Assembly: GCA_014762635.1 (NCBI GenBank)
Contig: JABURR010000079.1
Span: 18,168-82,167, forward strand
From: Paracoccaceae bacterium
GTDB taxonomy: Bacteria; Pseudomonadota; Alphaproteobacteria; Rhodobacterales; Rhodobacteraceae
Reading direction: 5' to 3'
Length of the DNA: 64,000 nt
The notes beneath the pieces are model-generated. The model was not told the origin of the DNA. It made no database searches and was given only the letters and a program-made list of their open reading frames with translations. Position 1 is the first letter of the stretch, and every line of letters starts with the position of its first letter. The position numbers were made by a program, and so were the translations under genes. Shown piece by piece: positions 1 through 10,564 of this stretch.

Positions 1-516
1 ATGGACCTGACCTGCCTGCCCGCGATCCTGCACAATCACCCCGACCGCATCGCGCAGGCTGTGGCTGACAAGATCGCCGCCCATCGCGCCGACTATGACC
101 AGATTTTCGTCGTCTACGCCGATTGCGGAACTGGCGGCGCATTGGCCCGGGTCTGCGCAGAACAGGGCGTCGAGATGGTCGAAGGCCCGCATTGCTATTC
201 CTTCTTCGAAGGCAACGCGGCCTTTGCCACCCGCGCCGAGGATGAGTTCACCGCCTTCTACCTGACCGATTTCCTCGTCCGGCAGTTCGATGCCTTCGTC
301 TGGAAGCCCCTTGGCCTCGACCGGCACCCCGAACTGCGCGATGCCTATTTCGGGAATTACGAAAAGCTGGTCTACCAGGCCCAGACCGACGACCCGGCCC
401 TGGACACCCGCGCGCGTGACTGCGCCGAAAGGCTCGGCTTGGCCTATGAGCGCCGCTTCACGGGCTACGGGGATCTGCAAAGCACGCTGGAAGACTGGGC
501 CGCGCCCAAGGGCTGA
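1..516 (+). CDS. DUF1638-like protein, 5' end probably outside window
   Basis: Frame is open from base 1 to the stop at 514-516. The segments YADCGTGG and GPHCYSFFEG resemble DUF1638 proteins as I recall them. The family call is from memory only. Confidence 0.55.
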   Translation: MDLTCLPAILHNHPDRIAQAVADKIAAHRADYDQIFVVYADCGTGGALARVCAEQGVEMVEGPHCYSFFEGNAAFATRAEDEFTAFYLTDFLVRQFDAFVWKPLGLDRHPELRDAYFGNYEKLVYQAQTDDPALDTRARDCAERLGLAYERRFTGYGDLQSTLEDWAAPKG

Positions 517-519
517 GGC

Positions 520-789
520 TCAGAGACTCAGCAGGTAAGCAATGATGTCGGCCCGGGCCCGATCATTCGGGGCGTAGTGGCCAAACAGGAAGGCATCAAG
601 CCGACGCGCCTTGTTGCTGGCCGAGTTCCCCCCTGCACGTCCCGCGACCTCGGCTGCCGAATTGTGGCAGCCTGCACAGGTGGATTGGAAATCGCCGCGC
701 CCGCGCTGGGCGTCAGCGCCAGCCGCCGTTTGCGCGAGGGCGAGCGCCGCCCCCAAGATCGCCGCGGTCATGGATAGCCGCTGCAACAT
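520..789 (-). CDS. small periplasmic c-type cytochrome
   Basis: Internal ATG at 789 is preceded by GGAGGA. It has a signal-peptide-like N-terminus (MLQRLSMTAAILGAALALAQTAAG) and a CAGCH heme-binding motif. Confidence 0.7.
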   Translation of the reverse strand: MLQRLSMTAAILGAALALAQTAAGADAQRGRGDFQSTCAGCHNSAAEVAGRAGGNSASNKARRLDAFLFGHYAPNDRARADIIAYLLSL

Positions 790-849
790 GTCATCCTCCA
801 GTCCACTCCCTACCCCGCAGCGTAACCTGTTTGGGCAATTTGGCAAAGT

Positions 850-2040
850 TCAGTAATCTTGACCTGGCTTCCGCTCGGAAATCCCTTCCAGAACCGCCCG
901 CGCCGCCCGTAGGCCCGGCGCTTCGTGACCTTTGCCCAGAGCCTGCATCGTCTCGGCCATCGCTGTGACCTGCTCGGCCCGCGCGGCATCACTGTTGAGC
1001 AACGAAAGTAGCGCCGTCGCAATCCCCTCGGGCTGGCACCGCGGCCCTAGGAACTCGGGCACCACGCGGGTGCCCGTCACCAGGTTGACCAGCGTCACCG
1101 TGTCGATCTGCGCCATGCGCGACATGATCTGCCAACTGAGCCAGTTCATGTCATAGGCGATCACCATCGGCGTCGAGGTGGCGGCCAGTTCAAGCGACAC
1201 GGTCCCCGAGGCCGCCAGCGCCGCATCCGCCGCGGCAAAGGCACGGCGTTTGCGGGTCGTGGCCTCATCCGCGGGCCTGTTGCGCGGGTCGAGCACGATC
1301 GGATCACCGGGCCAATCCGCAGCGCCTTCGATCACCGCCTGCGCCACCGGCCCCGCGGCCGGAATCACCACGCGCAGGTCCGGCCTTTGCGCGACCACGG
1401 CGCGCACGGCCTCACCGAAAATGGGCATCAGCCGCCCCACCTCGGACCGGCGCGACCCTGGCAGGACCAGCAACATCGGCGCCTCGCCGATCCCCTCGGC
1501 CCGGCGGAACGCCTCGGTTTCAACCGACGTCGGCACCGGCTCGGACACCACCGGGTGCCCGACGAAATCGCAGCGCATCCCGGCGGCTTCCATGTAAGGC
1601 GGCTCGAAGGGCAGCAGCGCCAGCACCTGATCGATACACTCGGCCATCTTCGCCGCTCGCCCGGGGCGCCAGGCCCAGACCGAGGGCGCGACGTAATGCA
1701 CCGTCCGTATGTCCGACGCGGCCTTCACCCGCCGCGCGACGCGCAGGCAGAAATCCGGGCTATCGATGGTGATGAGGACATCGGGCTTTAGCCTCAGCAC
1801 CTCGGTCGCGGTTTCCTTGATCCGCCGCAGCAGGTGCCGGTACTTGGGCAGCACCTCGGCGATGCCCATGACCGAGAGCTCATCCATCGGGAAGAGGCTC
1901 TCCATCCCCTCGGCTTGCATCAGCGGGCCGCCAACCCCGGAAAATTCGATCCCGGGTGAAAGCTCCTTCAGACCAGCCATCAGCGCGGCTCCCAGCCGGT
2001 CGCCCGAGGGCTCGCCCGCGATCAGGAAGACGCGCATCAC
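850..2040 (-). CDS. lpxB: lipid-A-disaccharide synthase
   Basis: 396 aa. The N-terminus MRVFLIAGEPSGDRLGA is typical of LpxB. It lies in an lpxA-lpxI-lpxB context and its start overlaps the lpxI stop by 4 nt. Confidence 0.9.
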   Translation of the reverse strand: MMRVFLIAGEPSGDRLGAALMAGLKELSPGIEFSGVGGPLMQAEGMESLFPMDELSVMGIAEVLPKYRHLLRRIKETATEVLRLKPDVLITIDSPDFCLRVARRVKAASDIRTVHYVAPSVWAWRPGRAAKMAECIDQVLALLPFEPPYMEAAGMRCDFVGHPVVSEPVPTSVETEAFRRAEGIGEAPMLLVLPGSRRSEVGRLMPIFGEAVRAVVAQRPDLRVVIPAAGPVAQAVIEGAADWPGDPIVLDPRNRPADEATTRKRRAFAAADAALAASGTVSLELAATSTPMVIAYDMNWLSWQIMSRMAQIDTVTLVNLVTGTRVVPEFLGPRCQPEGIATALLSLLNSDAARAEQVTAMAETMQALGKGHEAPGLRAARAVLEGISERKPGQDY

Positions 2041-2849
2041 CCGGCCTCCCGCACCCAGAGGAACAGTCCAGCCTCTTCCGCCGCGGCAACGGTATCGTCG
2101 CGGTCCAGCACCATCACCCCGCCCGCCTCGATGACAACCCCTGTCAGCCGCGCTTTCGCGGCGGCACGGATCGTGGCCGGGCCGATCACCGGCAGGTCGA
2201 CGCGGCGATCCTGAGAGGGTTTCGGCGCCTTGAAAAAAATCCCGCCATCAGGCAACCCGTCGCGGTCAGCGGCCAGCGCGGCCAGCATCCGGTCGGTACC
2301 GGGAAGCGCCTCGATGGCCAGCGCCTGCCCGGCAGCGACCACACAGGACTGCCCCACGTCTGCAACGCCCATGGCCGCCACGATGGCCGCGCCCCGCGTC
2401 GCATCCTTGCGGGCGCGGTCATCCGGGCGTTGGGAAGTGAGGTTTCCGACGGGAGGCAGAAGGTCAGGCAGGATGTCATGTGCGCCGATCACGCTGAGAC
2501 CGGCACCCTCGAAGATCGCAATCACCTGCCGAAGCGCCCCGTCATCCCCCGCCTTGATCGCCGAGAGCATCCTTGGCACCAGCGGCATCGTGGCCAGATC
2601 GACCTTCTTGGGATCAAGCTTCGGCCGCTGCACACGACCGGCGAAACAGACCTCGGTCACGCCGCGCTTTTTCAGCGTGGACAGGAAAGACCCCAACCGC
2701 TCTACCCGGAAGCGGATCACCTCGGCCCCGGTGGGATTTTCCGCCGGGAACCCTTCGAGTTCGCAGAGTTGAAAGGCCCTGCCCTGCGCAGCGAGGTGCT
2801 CGGCCAGAAGAACCGGAAGGCGCCCCTCCCCTGCGATCAGCGCCAGCAT
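2037..2849 (-). CDS. lpxI: UDP-2,3-diacylglucosamine pyrophosphatase LpxI (DUF1009)
   Basis: 270 aa beginning MLALIAGEGRLP. It occupies the position between lpxA and lpxB that LpxI holds in alphaproteobacteria. Confidence 0.8.
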   Translation of the reverse strand: MLALIAGEGRLPVLLAEHLAAQGRAFQLCELEGFPAENPTGAEVIRFRVERLGSFLSTLKKRGVTEVCFAGRVQRPKLDPKKVDLATMPLVPRMLSAIKAGDDGALRQVIAIFEGAGLSVIGAHDILPDLLPPVGNLTSQRPDDRARKDATRGAAIVAAMGVADVGQSCVVAAGQALAIEALPGTDRMLAALAADRDGLPDGGIFFKAPKPSQDRRVDLPVIGPATIRAAAKARLTGVVIEAGGVMVLDRDDTVAAAEEAGLFLWVREAG

Positions 2850-3646
2850 CAGGAGGGCGTCAGGAAGGACCGGTCGCTTTCGCCCAGGATGAACTCGACG
2901 ATCTCGCGCACGTAGGCGCTGTCGGCCTCTTCCGAGAGGCGGCGCGCCCGGTCCTGGAACGCGCCTTCGTCCTGCGCCAGCGCCTGGAATGCGGCCCGCA
3001 GCGCCGAGATATCCGACCGCGCGACGCCACGGCGTTTCAGGCCCACGAGGTTCAGCCCATCCAACTGCCCGCGCGGCCCCTGGACGAGGCCATGGGGGAT
3101 CACGTCATTTGTCACCATGGTGACGGCACCGACGATGGCGCCACGTCCGATCCTAACCCATTGGTGGATGCCCGAGAGCCCGCCGATGATCACGTCATCC
3201 CCGATCACGCAGTGACCGGCCAACGCCGCCTGGTTCGCCAGGATAACCCGGTCTCCCACGATCACGTCATGGCCCACATGGGCGCCGGTCATGAACAGAC
3301 AATCGTCGCCAACCTTGGTCAACCCGCCGCCACCTTCGGTGCCGGTGTTCATGGTCGCGCCTTCGCGGATGCGGTTTCGCTTGCCGACCACGAGGCGGGT
3401 TTCCTCGCCCTTGAACTTCAGATCCTGCGGAACCTCACCGATGCAGGCGAAGGGGAAGATCACTGTCTCTTCGCCAACTTCGGTCAGGCCGGTCACCACC
3501 ACATGGCTTTTCAGCACCACGCGCGGGCCGAGCGTGACCTTCGACCCAACCGTCGAGAACGGGCCGATTTCTGCACCCTCTCCGATGGTCGCACCGTCTT
3601 CGACAATCGCCGAGGGGTGAATCCGGGCTGTGGGGTGAATCGCCAT
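2849..3646 (-). CDS. lpxA: acyl-ACP--UDP-N-acetylglucosamine O-acyltransferase
   Basis: Hexapeptide-repeat protein starting MAIHPTARIHPSAIVEDGA at the ATG at 3646. The ORF track extends it to 3688. It lies 2 nt after the fabZ stop. Confidence 0.9.
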   Translation of the reverse strand: MAIHPTARIHPSAIVEDGATIGEGAEIGPFSTVGSKVTLGPRVVLKSHVVVTGLTEVGEETVIFPFACIGEVPQDLKFKGEETRLVVGKRNRIREGATMNTGTEGGGGLTKVGDDCLFMTGAHVGHDVIVGDRVILANQAALAGHCVIGDDVIIGGLSGIHQWVRIGRGAIVGAVTMVTNDVIPHGLVQGPRGQLDGLNLVGLKRRGVARSDISALRAAFQALAQDEGAFQDRARRLSEEADSAYVREIVEFILGESDRSFLTPS

Positions 3647-3648
3647 GC

Positions 3649-4110
3649 TCAGCCCTTGGGCCGATCCATCATGGCGGTGAACTCGCATTCGCAGGCCAGT
3701 TCACCCTCGACCGTGGCGCGCCCGGCGAATTTCCAGACCTTGCCGCCGCCGCGCTTGGTCTCGACCCGCAGCTCCAGCACATCGCCCGGCACCACCTTGC
3801 GGCGGAACTTGGCGCTGTCGATGGCCATGAAATAGACGAGGAAATCCTTGTCGGCGAGATCATCGGCCACGCCGACCATCACCGCCGCCGTCTGGGCCAG
3901 CGCCTCGACAATGGTCACGCCCGGCATGATCGGCGCGTTCGGGAAGTGTCCCTGGAAATGCGGCTCGTTGAAGGTGACGTTCTTGATGCCGACGGCGCTG
4001 TTCGATCCGTCTATGTCCCGCACCTTGTCGATCAAAAGGAACGGATAGCGATGCGGAATGATCCGCTGAATGAGGTCGATATCCGCGCTCTTGAGTTCCT
4101 GTTCGCTCAT
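3649..4110 (-). CDS. fabZ: 3-hydroxyacyl-ACP dehydratase
   Basis: Contains the hot-dog fold motifs [13 protein letters not shown] and [11 protein letters not shown]. The ATG at 4110 is preferred over the longer ORF start at 4170. Confidence 0.9.
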   Translation of the reverse strand: MSEQELKSADIDLIQRIIPHRYPFLLIDKVRDIDGSNSAVGIKNVTFNEPHFQGHFPNAPIMPGVTIVEALAQTAAVMVGVADDLADKDFLVYFMAIDSAKFRRKVVPGDVLELRVETKRGGGKVWKFAGRATVEGELACECEFTAMMDRPKG

Positions 4111-4175
4111 CTCGCCGCCCCTTCTGGTAATGCTTTGAGATGGAGTAGCAACTCCGCCGCGCCTAGACAAGCAAG

Positions 4176-4748
4176 CTAGTCCGAGGCACCGGGCGCTGGC
4201 TGCTCTTCCCCACCGCCGGGTTGGGTTTGTGCGTCCGCTTCCAGCCTCTCGTTGAGCCGGGCAATGGCGTCGTCGGTAATGTCGATACTGTCTGCAGAGA
4301 TCAGGACATTCCGGCGATCCAGAATGATCAGCGCACCCCGCTCATTGGCGATCGCACCCAGAACCGGCCCGGCGCTGTTGAGCAGAAGCTGCCGCTCGCG
4401 GTCCCTCAGACGGGTGATATCTCGCGCCTTTTGATCCTGTTCCGCACGCAGACGCTGCACCTTGGCGTCGAACGCATCCGCCAGTTCCCGAAACTCCGTC
4501 GGCGACAGGGTGGCGCGGCGTTGCGTCAGGGCCTGCTCCTCGGCCGACAGTTCGCCCTCGATCCGCCGGTTTTCGGCGGCCAGCGCTTCGGCGCGCTGTT
4601 CCAGGTCGGTGGAGATCTGCCTTCCGAGGCGGGATTCGGCAAACAAACGCTCTTGGTCGACCACGAGGATTGGATATTGCGCCGGCTCGTCCTGCCCCCA
4701 TGCGGCGGGGGCCAGAAAGGTGAGCAAGGCAAGAAGACGGATCAACAT
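4176..4748 (-). CDS. skp: OmpH/Skp family periplasmic chaperone
   Basis: 190 aa with a signal peptide and a coiled, charged Q/E/R-rich body. It lies immediately downstream of bamA, with a 1-nt stop/start overlap at 4748. Confidence 0.8.
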   Translation of the reverse strand: MLIRLLALLTFLAPAAWGQDEPAQYPILVVDQERLFAESRLGRQISTDLEQRAEALAAENRRIEGELSAEEQALTQRRATLSPTEFRELADAFDAKVQRLRAEQDQKARDITRLRDRERQLLLNSAGPVLGAIANERGALIILDRRNVLISADSIDITDDAIARLNERLEADAQTQPGGGEEQPAPGASD

Positions 4749-7120
4749 CAGAACTGCGTCGAGATTGTCAGGTCGAAGTTCTTTTCCAGGTCGTAGTCTT
4801 CCTTCAGCAACGCCCGCGAGAAATTGAACCGCAACGGCCCGATGGGGGAAGTCCAGAGAAGCGACACGCCCGCCGCCGAACGCCAGCGCAAGCTGTCATC
4901 GACAGGATCGGTCCCGGTCGGGCCACCGGCCGTGTTTTCCAGCCCCCAGACGGTACCGATATCAAGGAAGACGCCACCACTCAGGCCGTATTCTTCGGGC
5001 AGACCCAGAGGGAACTCTGATTCCAGTCGGGTTACGGCAAAGTAGTTACCGCCGAGACCATCCTGGTTCACCGCCACAAGATCGCGCGGACCAAGACCGC
5101 GCGCCTGGAACCCGCGCATCGTGTTGCCGCTCAGGAAGAACCGGTCGGTAACCCGGCTGGTGCCTTCGAAGAACTCCAGAGCCCCGCCCTCGACCGTCGC
5201 GCGCAGGGTAACCTCTTCGTTCAGAACCAAAGCCTGCGCCGAAGCAAGCGCCGTCGATTTCAGGTATTGCGAGTCGCCACCGACACCGCCCACGTCCTGG
5301 CCGAAACGCAGCAGCACACCGGCGTTGGGATTGAGACCACGACGGCGCGTGTCGAAGCTGTAGGTGTAACCGAGCGAACTGTTGATCAGCGCGCCCTCCT
5401 CCGCCTGGATGATCGCGGACGAGTCCGCGCTGACGTCGAAAAGCTCGTCCTGAGACAGCTCATAGCGCAGGGCCAGGCGCCCGTATTCGCTCACCGGGAA
5501 TTCGAAGGATGGACGGACGCCTGCACTCGATGTGCTGTAAGTCGCGTTCAGACCTTCGCTGGTCCCGCTGTAAAACAGGTCAAACCGGAAGGTCACGTCG
5601 CGGCTCAGGAACGCCGGTTCAATGAAGGTGACCGAACCGTTCTTTGTGGCCGCACCACCGGACACATTGAAACTCAGGGTCTGACCACGACCGAGGAAAT
5701 TCCGTTCCGAGAAGCTCGACGTCAGGCCGAAGCCGGCTTCGACACCGTAAGAGCCACCGAAGGAGAAACTCCCCGTCGGCTGTTCCTCGACGTCCACGTC
5801 AACGATGACCTGATCGGGCGCCGATCCCTGGCGCGGCGCCACGTCGACGCGCGAGAAGAACCCGGTGCCACGGATCTTGTCCGAGGTCTCCCTGATCTCA
5901 CGCGGATTGAACGGGTCGCCCTCGACCACGTCGAACTGGCGCCGGATCACCCGGTCGAGCGTGGTCTGATTGCCCTCGATATCGATCCGTTCGACGAAGA
6001 TGCGCGGACCGCGCACAAGGCGGAAATTGACGTCCAGCGTCCGCTCTCGGCTGTTGCGCGTGGTCTGCGGCTCCACCCGGACGAAATCGATCCCTTGGCG
6101 CACCGCAAGCCGCTCAAGCCGCGCGATCTGGTTGTCGATCACATCCTGCGAATAGGTCACGCCCGGCTTCACGGTCAGGGCGCGACGATATTCCTGGACG
6201 TCGATCCCCGGCACCTCGGAGGTGACCGAGATTCTGCCGAACTCGAATTTCTGACCTTCGCGGATGTTGAACGTGATGAAGAAGGCGTTGCGCTCTCGCG
6301 CGAACTGGCTCGAGACGCTCAGAATCTGGAAATCCGGGTAGCCCCGAGACAGGTAGAAATCCGTCAGCGCCTGCCTGTCGGCGGCAATCCGGTCGGCAAT
6401 GAACGTGTCGCGCTGGATGATCTGGCGAAGCGGCCCGGCCTGCTTGCTGAGAAGCTCGCGGCGCAACCGCCGATCTGAGTAGGTTTCGTTTCCAACGAAG
6501 GAAATCCGTTCCACCTCGACGACGCCGCCTTCCACGACCTCGAAGACCAGATCAACCCGGTTGCCGGTCCGTCGGATGATCTTGGGACTGACGCTGGCCG
6601 CAAGGCGTCCGGACGTCTCGTAGGCCTGCACCATCGCCGCGGCGTCCCGCTCAGCCACCGAGGGAGAGTAGACCCGGCGCGGTCGCGACTGGACCACGCT
6701 CATCAGCGCCGTGTCATCCAGCCTGTCGTTGCCTTCGATGCTGATCACGTTGATCGTCGGGTATTCCCGGACGCGGATCACAAGGCGCGATCCTCGCGGA
6801 ATGAAGTCCACCGTTTCGAACAGCCCCGACCCAAGCACCCGCTGGTAGGAGTCATTGAGCGACGCCGCACTCACCGCGCGACCCAGCGGAACATTGGCAT
6901 AGCTCAGGACGGTTGCGTCCTCGATCCGTTCGTTGCCCTGCACCTCGATCGACGAAAAGCTGAAGGACTGGGCCGAGGCCGTGACAGCGGAGGCGCCGTA
7001 GACAAGGGCAAAGACCAGCAAGGCCCTGATGAAAGCCCCCACGCGGAAGATGCCGCTCTCGGAAATGCCGCTACGCATTCGGAAAAATGCCCGTGTCATG
7101 GAAATCGCCCGCAACTTCAC
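4748..7120 (-). CDS. bamA: outer membrane protein assembly factor BamA
   Basis: 790 aa with POTRA-like repeats, a C-terminal beta-barrel and a terminal aromatic residue (TISTQF). The exact start is uncertain: GTG at 7120 or ATG at 7099 or 7081. Confidence 0.9.
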   Translation of the reverse strand: MKLRAISMTRAFFRMRSGISESGIFRVGAFIRALLVFALVYGASAVTASAQSFSFSSIEVQGNERIEDATVLSYANVPLGRAVSAASLNDSYQRVLGSGLFETVDFIPRGSRLVIRVREYPTINVISIEGNDRLDDTALMSVVQSRPRRVYSPSVAERDAAAMVQAYETSGRLAASVSPKIIRRTGNRVDLVFEVVEGGVVEVERISFVGNETYSDRRLRRELLSKQAGPLRQIIQRDTFIADRIAADRQALTDFYLSRGYPDFQILSVSSQFARERNAFFITFNIREGQKFEFGRISVTSEVPGIDVQEYRRALTVKPGVTYSQDVIDNQIARLERLAVRQGIDFVRVEPQTTRNSRERTLDVNFRLVRGPRIFVERIDIEGNQTTLDRVIRRQFDVVEGDPFNPREIRETSDKIRGTGFFSRVDVAPRQGSAPDQVIVDVDVEEQPTGSFSFGGSYGVEAGFGLTSSFSERNFLGRGQTLSFNVSGGAATKNGSVTFIEPAFLSRDVTFRFDLFYSGTSEGLNATYSTSSAGVRPSFEFPVSEYGRLALRYELSQDELFDVSADSSAIIQAEEGALINSSLGYTYSFDTRRRGLNPNAGVLLRFGQDVGGVGGDSQYLKSTALASAQALVLNEEVTLRATVEGGALEFFEGTSRVTDRFFLSGNTMRGFQARGLGPRDLVAVNQDGLGGNYFAVTRLESEFPLGLPEEYGLSGGVFLDIGTVWGLENTAGGPTGTDPVDDSLRWRSAAGVSLLWTSPIGPLRFNFSRALLKEDYDLEKNFDLTISTQF

Positions 7121-7247
7121 CCTAGAAAATTTGAGTATCTGTAATGCGGTAACTTGTCAAAAGACGAAGGCCCCGAGACGCGAAGCAATCCCGGGGCCCT
7201 GCCTGCAAAATCAAGGAACTGCGTGCGGGCATTCCTGCCCCGACAAA

Positions 7248-8582
7248 TCACGGGCAGAAGATGTCGTTCGACACCGCGAAGGACATGAGCGCCACCAGCA
7301 GGATCAGCCCGATTCCCATCATGACGCGCAACACGGCGTCCGAGGGCGGCTTGCCGGCAAGGGCCTCGTAGGCGTGAAACACCAAGTGACCGCCATCCAG
7401 AACCGGGATCGGAAAGAGGTTCAGGAACCCGACAGCCGTCGACAGGACCGCGATGAACCAGAAGAAGCTGACCCAACCCTGGCTCGCCGCCGCGCCCGAT
7501 GTCTCTGCAATGCCGATCGGCCCCTGCAGGTTGCACGAACTGATTGCTCCCACCGCCATGTGATAAAGGCCCGAGATCGAGGACTGGATAATGAAGATGA
7601 TCTGGTCCACGCCGAATTTCAGCGCCTCAATCGGCCCCGGCAGTTCGGTTGCGGGCTCGAACATCAGGCCACCGCTGATCCCGATCAGCCAGCGCGTCTC
7701 GAACCCGCCTTCCGGGTCGGGGATGTCCATGCGGCGCGGGGTCAGCGTCTTCTCGATCATCTCACCGTCGCGCCAGACGTCCAGCCGTAGGCCACGGCCA
7801 TCGGAATTGCCAACGATCTCTCGCAACTGTCCGAAGGTGGCGACCTGCACCCCATCGACTGCGGTGATGACGTCGCCCTCACGAAGATCGGCATCTATAG
7901 CTGCCGATTCCAGCGAGACCGCGGAAACAAGCGCGGGATAGGGATATGGCCCGGTGACGTCGAGTTCGCTCTCGCCACGGCGCACGGTGTAGGTGAGCGA
8001 CCCGGCCTCGGGCAGCGTGTCCACCAGGTTGTCGAATTCTCCTAGCGGCGGGATATCGATGCCCGCGATGGCAAGCAACTCGTCGCCGGGTTCAAGCTCG
8101 ACCACCCCGGGCATCGGCAGCACCCGGTCAATGGTCAATGGTTCGCTCGCCGTGCCTCGCGCGAATAGAATCGCGGCAAACACAAGCGTGGACAGGATGA
8201 AGTTGAACACCGGCCCAGCCGCGACCGTGGCCGCCCGCGCCCAGAGCGGCGCGCCATGGATCGTCTGGCGCCGCGTGTCCTCGTCCATGCTGGCAAGAAC
8301 CTTTTCGTCCGGGCGATCCGACGCGGCACTCACGTCACCAAGGAACTTGACGTATCCGCCAAGAGGCAGCGCCGCGATCTGCCAGCGCGTCCCGTGCTTG
8401 TCCATCCGGGACCAGATCACCGGGCCGAAGCCCACCGAAAAGACCTCGGAGCGGATGCCGCACAAGCGGGCAATGATGTAGTGGCCGTATTCGTGGATCG
8501 CCACGATGATCGACAGCGCGATCACGAAGGCCCCGACCGTCCAGAGAAAGCCACCGAAAGAGGGAATCAATCCACCGTCCAA
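7248..8582 (-). CDS. rseP: RIP zinc metalloprotease RseP
   Basis: 444 aa with the HEYGHY zinc motif near the N-terminus, PDZ-like central regions and multiple TM segments. Conserved position next to bamA and dxr. Confidence 0.9.
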   Translation of the reverse strand: MDGGLIPSFGGFLWTVGAFVIALSIIVAIHEYGHYIIARLCGIRSEVFSVGFGPVIWSRMDKHGTRWQIAALPLGGYVKFLGDVSAASDRPDEKVLASMDEDTRRQTIHGAPLWARAATVAAGPVFNFILSTLVFAAILFARGTASEPLTIDRVLPMPGVVELEPGDELLAIAGIDIPPLGEFDNLVDTLPEAGSLTYTVRRGESELDVTGPYPYPALVSAVSLESAAIDADLREGDVITAVDGVQVATFGQLREIVGNSDGRGLRLDVWRDGEMIEKTLTPRRMDIPDPEGGFETRWLIGISGGLMFEPATELPGPIEALKFGVDQIIFIIQSSISGLYHMAVGAISSCNLQGPIGIAETSGAAASQGWVSFFWFIAVLSTAVGFLNLFPIPVLDGGHLVFHAYEALAGKPPSDAVLRVMMGIGLILLVALMSFAVSNDIFCP

Positions 8583-8588
8583 AACGTC

Positions 8589-9767
8589 CTACCTCGCCTG
8601 TTTGCGCGTTATCGCCTCTGCGGCTCTTATCCTAGCCAGATGGTCGGCGGCATGCACCCGATCAAGGGTAACCTCGCCATTCATCGCGCCCGTGTCACTC
8701 GAAAGCCCATCCAAAACCTCTTCGACCACCTCGGCCATGCCGAGAAATCCTATCTCTCCGGCGATGAACCCGTCCAGCGCCCGTTCCTTCGCCGCATTGA
8801 ATGCCGCGCCCCACAGGCCGCCCTGCTCCATCACGATGCGCGCCAGGCGCAGGGCCGGGTAACGGGCCAGGTCCGGCGCCCGGAACGTCAGTTGCCCGAT
8901 GGCCGCCAGGTCAAGCCGTTCGACCGGCAGTTCCCGCCGTTCGGGCCAATGCAGCGCATAGCCGATGGCATGGCGCATGTCGGGCGCGCCTACGTGAGCC
9001 ATGAACGCCCCGTCGCGAAATCCGACCAGGGCGTGCACCAGGCTTTCGGGGTGGACCAGCGTTTCGATCCTATCCGGGGAAACGCCGAAGAATTCCTTGG
9101 TCTCGATCAGTTCCAGCGCCTTGTTGAACATCGAGGCGCTGTCGATCGTGATCCGCTGCCCCATGTCCCAGTTCGGATGGCTCGACGCCTGTTCCAGGGT
9201 GGCCGTGGCCAGTTTCTCAAGCGGCCAGTCGCGGAACGCTCCGCCCGAGGCGGTGATGACGATCCGCTCCACCGCTTCGATATCCTCGCCCACCAACGCC
9301 TGGAAAACGGCGGAATGCTCGCTGTCCACCGGCAGGATCCGCGCTCCATGGGCCTCGGCGGTTCGCATCAGCAGCGCCCCGGCGGTGACAAGGCTTTCCT
9401 TGTTCGCCAGCGCCAGCGTCTTGCCATGAGCCAGCGCGCGCAGCCCAGGGACCAGCCCCGCCGCGCCCACGATGGCCGACATGGTCCAGTCCACCGGCCG
9501 ATCGGCAGCCTCGACAAGCGCGGCTTCCCCGGCGGCCGCCTCGACGCCTGTTCCCGAAAGGGCAGCTTTCAAATCATCAAGGAGGTCATCATGGCAGGTC
9601 ACCGCCAGGCGCGCACCAAGATCGCGCGCATCCGCCGCCAGCCGTTCGATATTCCGACCACCGGTCAGGACCTCGACGTCATAAGCCTCTCGATCCCGCC
9701 GGATCAGGTCGATCGTGTTCTGACCGATCGAGCCGGTTGAACCGAAAATCGAGACCGTCCGCGTCAC
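8589..9767 (-). CDS. dxr: 1-deoxy-D-xylulose-5-phosphate reductoisomerase
   Basis: 392 aa with the N-terminal GSTGSIG NADPH-binding motif and LANKESLV. Lies in a dxr-cdsA-uppS context. Confidence 0.9.
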   Translation of the reverse strand: MTRTVSIFGSTGSIGQNTIDLIRRDREAYDVEVLTGGRNIERLAADARDLGARLAVTCHDDLLDDLKAALSGTGVEAAAGEAALVEAADRPVDWTMSAIVGAAGLVPGLRALAHGKTLALANKESLVTAGALLMRTAEAHGARILPVDSEHSAVFQALVGEDIEAVERIVITASGGAFRDWPLEKLATATLEQASSHPNWDMGQRITIDSASMFNKALELIETKEFFGVSPDRIETLVHPESLVHALVGFRDGAFMAHVGAPDMRHAIGYALHWPERRELPVERLDLAAIGQLTFRAPDLARYPALRLARIVMEQGGLWGAAFNAAKERALDGFIAGEIGFLGMAEVVEEVLDGLSSDTGAMNGEVTLDRVHAADHLARIRAAEAITRKQAR

Positions 9768-9769
9768 CC

Positions 9770-10564
9770 TCAGAACCCGCCCTCGGACAGGGGCACGAAC
9801 CAGACGATAACCAGCATCATGATGGAAGCCGCCAGCAGGCCATCGAACCGGTCGAAGAGGCCGCCGTGGCCGGGCAGAAGGTTGGAACTGTCCTTCACGC
9901 CCATGCGCCGTTTTACGGCGCTTTCGGCGATATCACCCATCTGGCTGGCGAAGGAGATCACCACACTGACCCAGACGATCCACCCGTCAAGGCTGGTGAA
10001 CGACGCAAAGACATAGCCCACCACCGCCGACCCGATCCACCCGGCCAGGGTTCCCGACCAGGTCTTCTTGGGGCTTATCGAGGGCCAGAACTTCTTGCCG
10101 CCAATCATCCGCCCCGCGAAATAGCCGAAGATATCCGTAACCATGACGACCGAGACCAGCCAGAACAGCCAGATCAGGCCATGTTCGTCGCGAAACGTGG
10201 TGAGCCCGTATCCCGCAAGGCAGATGGCGAAGGCGAAGATGGCGAAGATGCCCCATTGCGACCGAACCAGCGCCACCCCGGCCAAGGCCGGAACGACCAA
10301 TAGGGGCAAGGCGTAAATATCGCTCATGAAACGCGCCAGAAGAACCGAGAGCCCTGCGAGCAAAGCAAGGCCCAACGCCTCGAATCGCTGGCTGGGCGAG
10401 ATCATCTGCGCCAGTTCCCAGACCATGACTGCGCTCGCCAAGGCCGAGAGAAGCGCAAACCAGATCCCGCCAATCCACATGGCGCCGATACCAACCACCA
10501 GAAGCACGGCTCCGGTCCCGAGACGCGCCGCCAGATCCTCCCATTTCGGACCGGCCGAACTCAT
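9770..10564 (-). CDS. cdsA: phosphatidate cytidylyltransferase
   Basis: 264 aa polytopic membrane protein with the C-terminal signature KRxxGVKDSSNLLPGHGGxxDRxD. Confidence 0.85.
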   Translation of the reverse strand: MSSAGPKWEDLAARLGTGAVLLVVGIGAMWIGGIWFALLSALASAVMVWELAQMISPSQRFEALGLALLAGLSVLLARFMSDIYALPLLVVPALAGVALVRSQWGIFAIFAFAICLAGYGLTTFRDEHGLIWLFWLVSVVMVTDIFGYFAGRMIGGKKFWPSISPKKTWSGTLAGWIGSAVVGYVFASFTSLDGWIVWVSVVISFASQMGDIAESAVKRRMGVKDSSNLLPGHGGLFDRFDGLLAASIMMLVIVWFVPLSEGGF

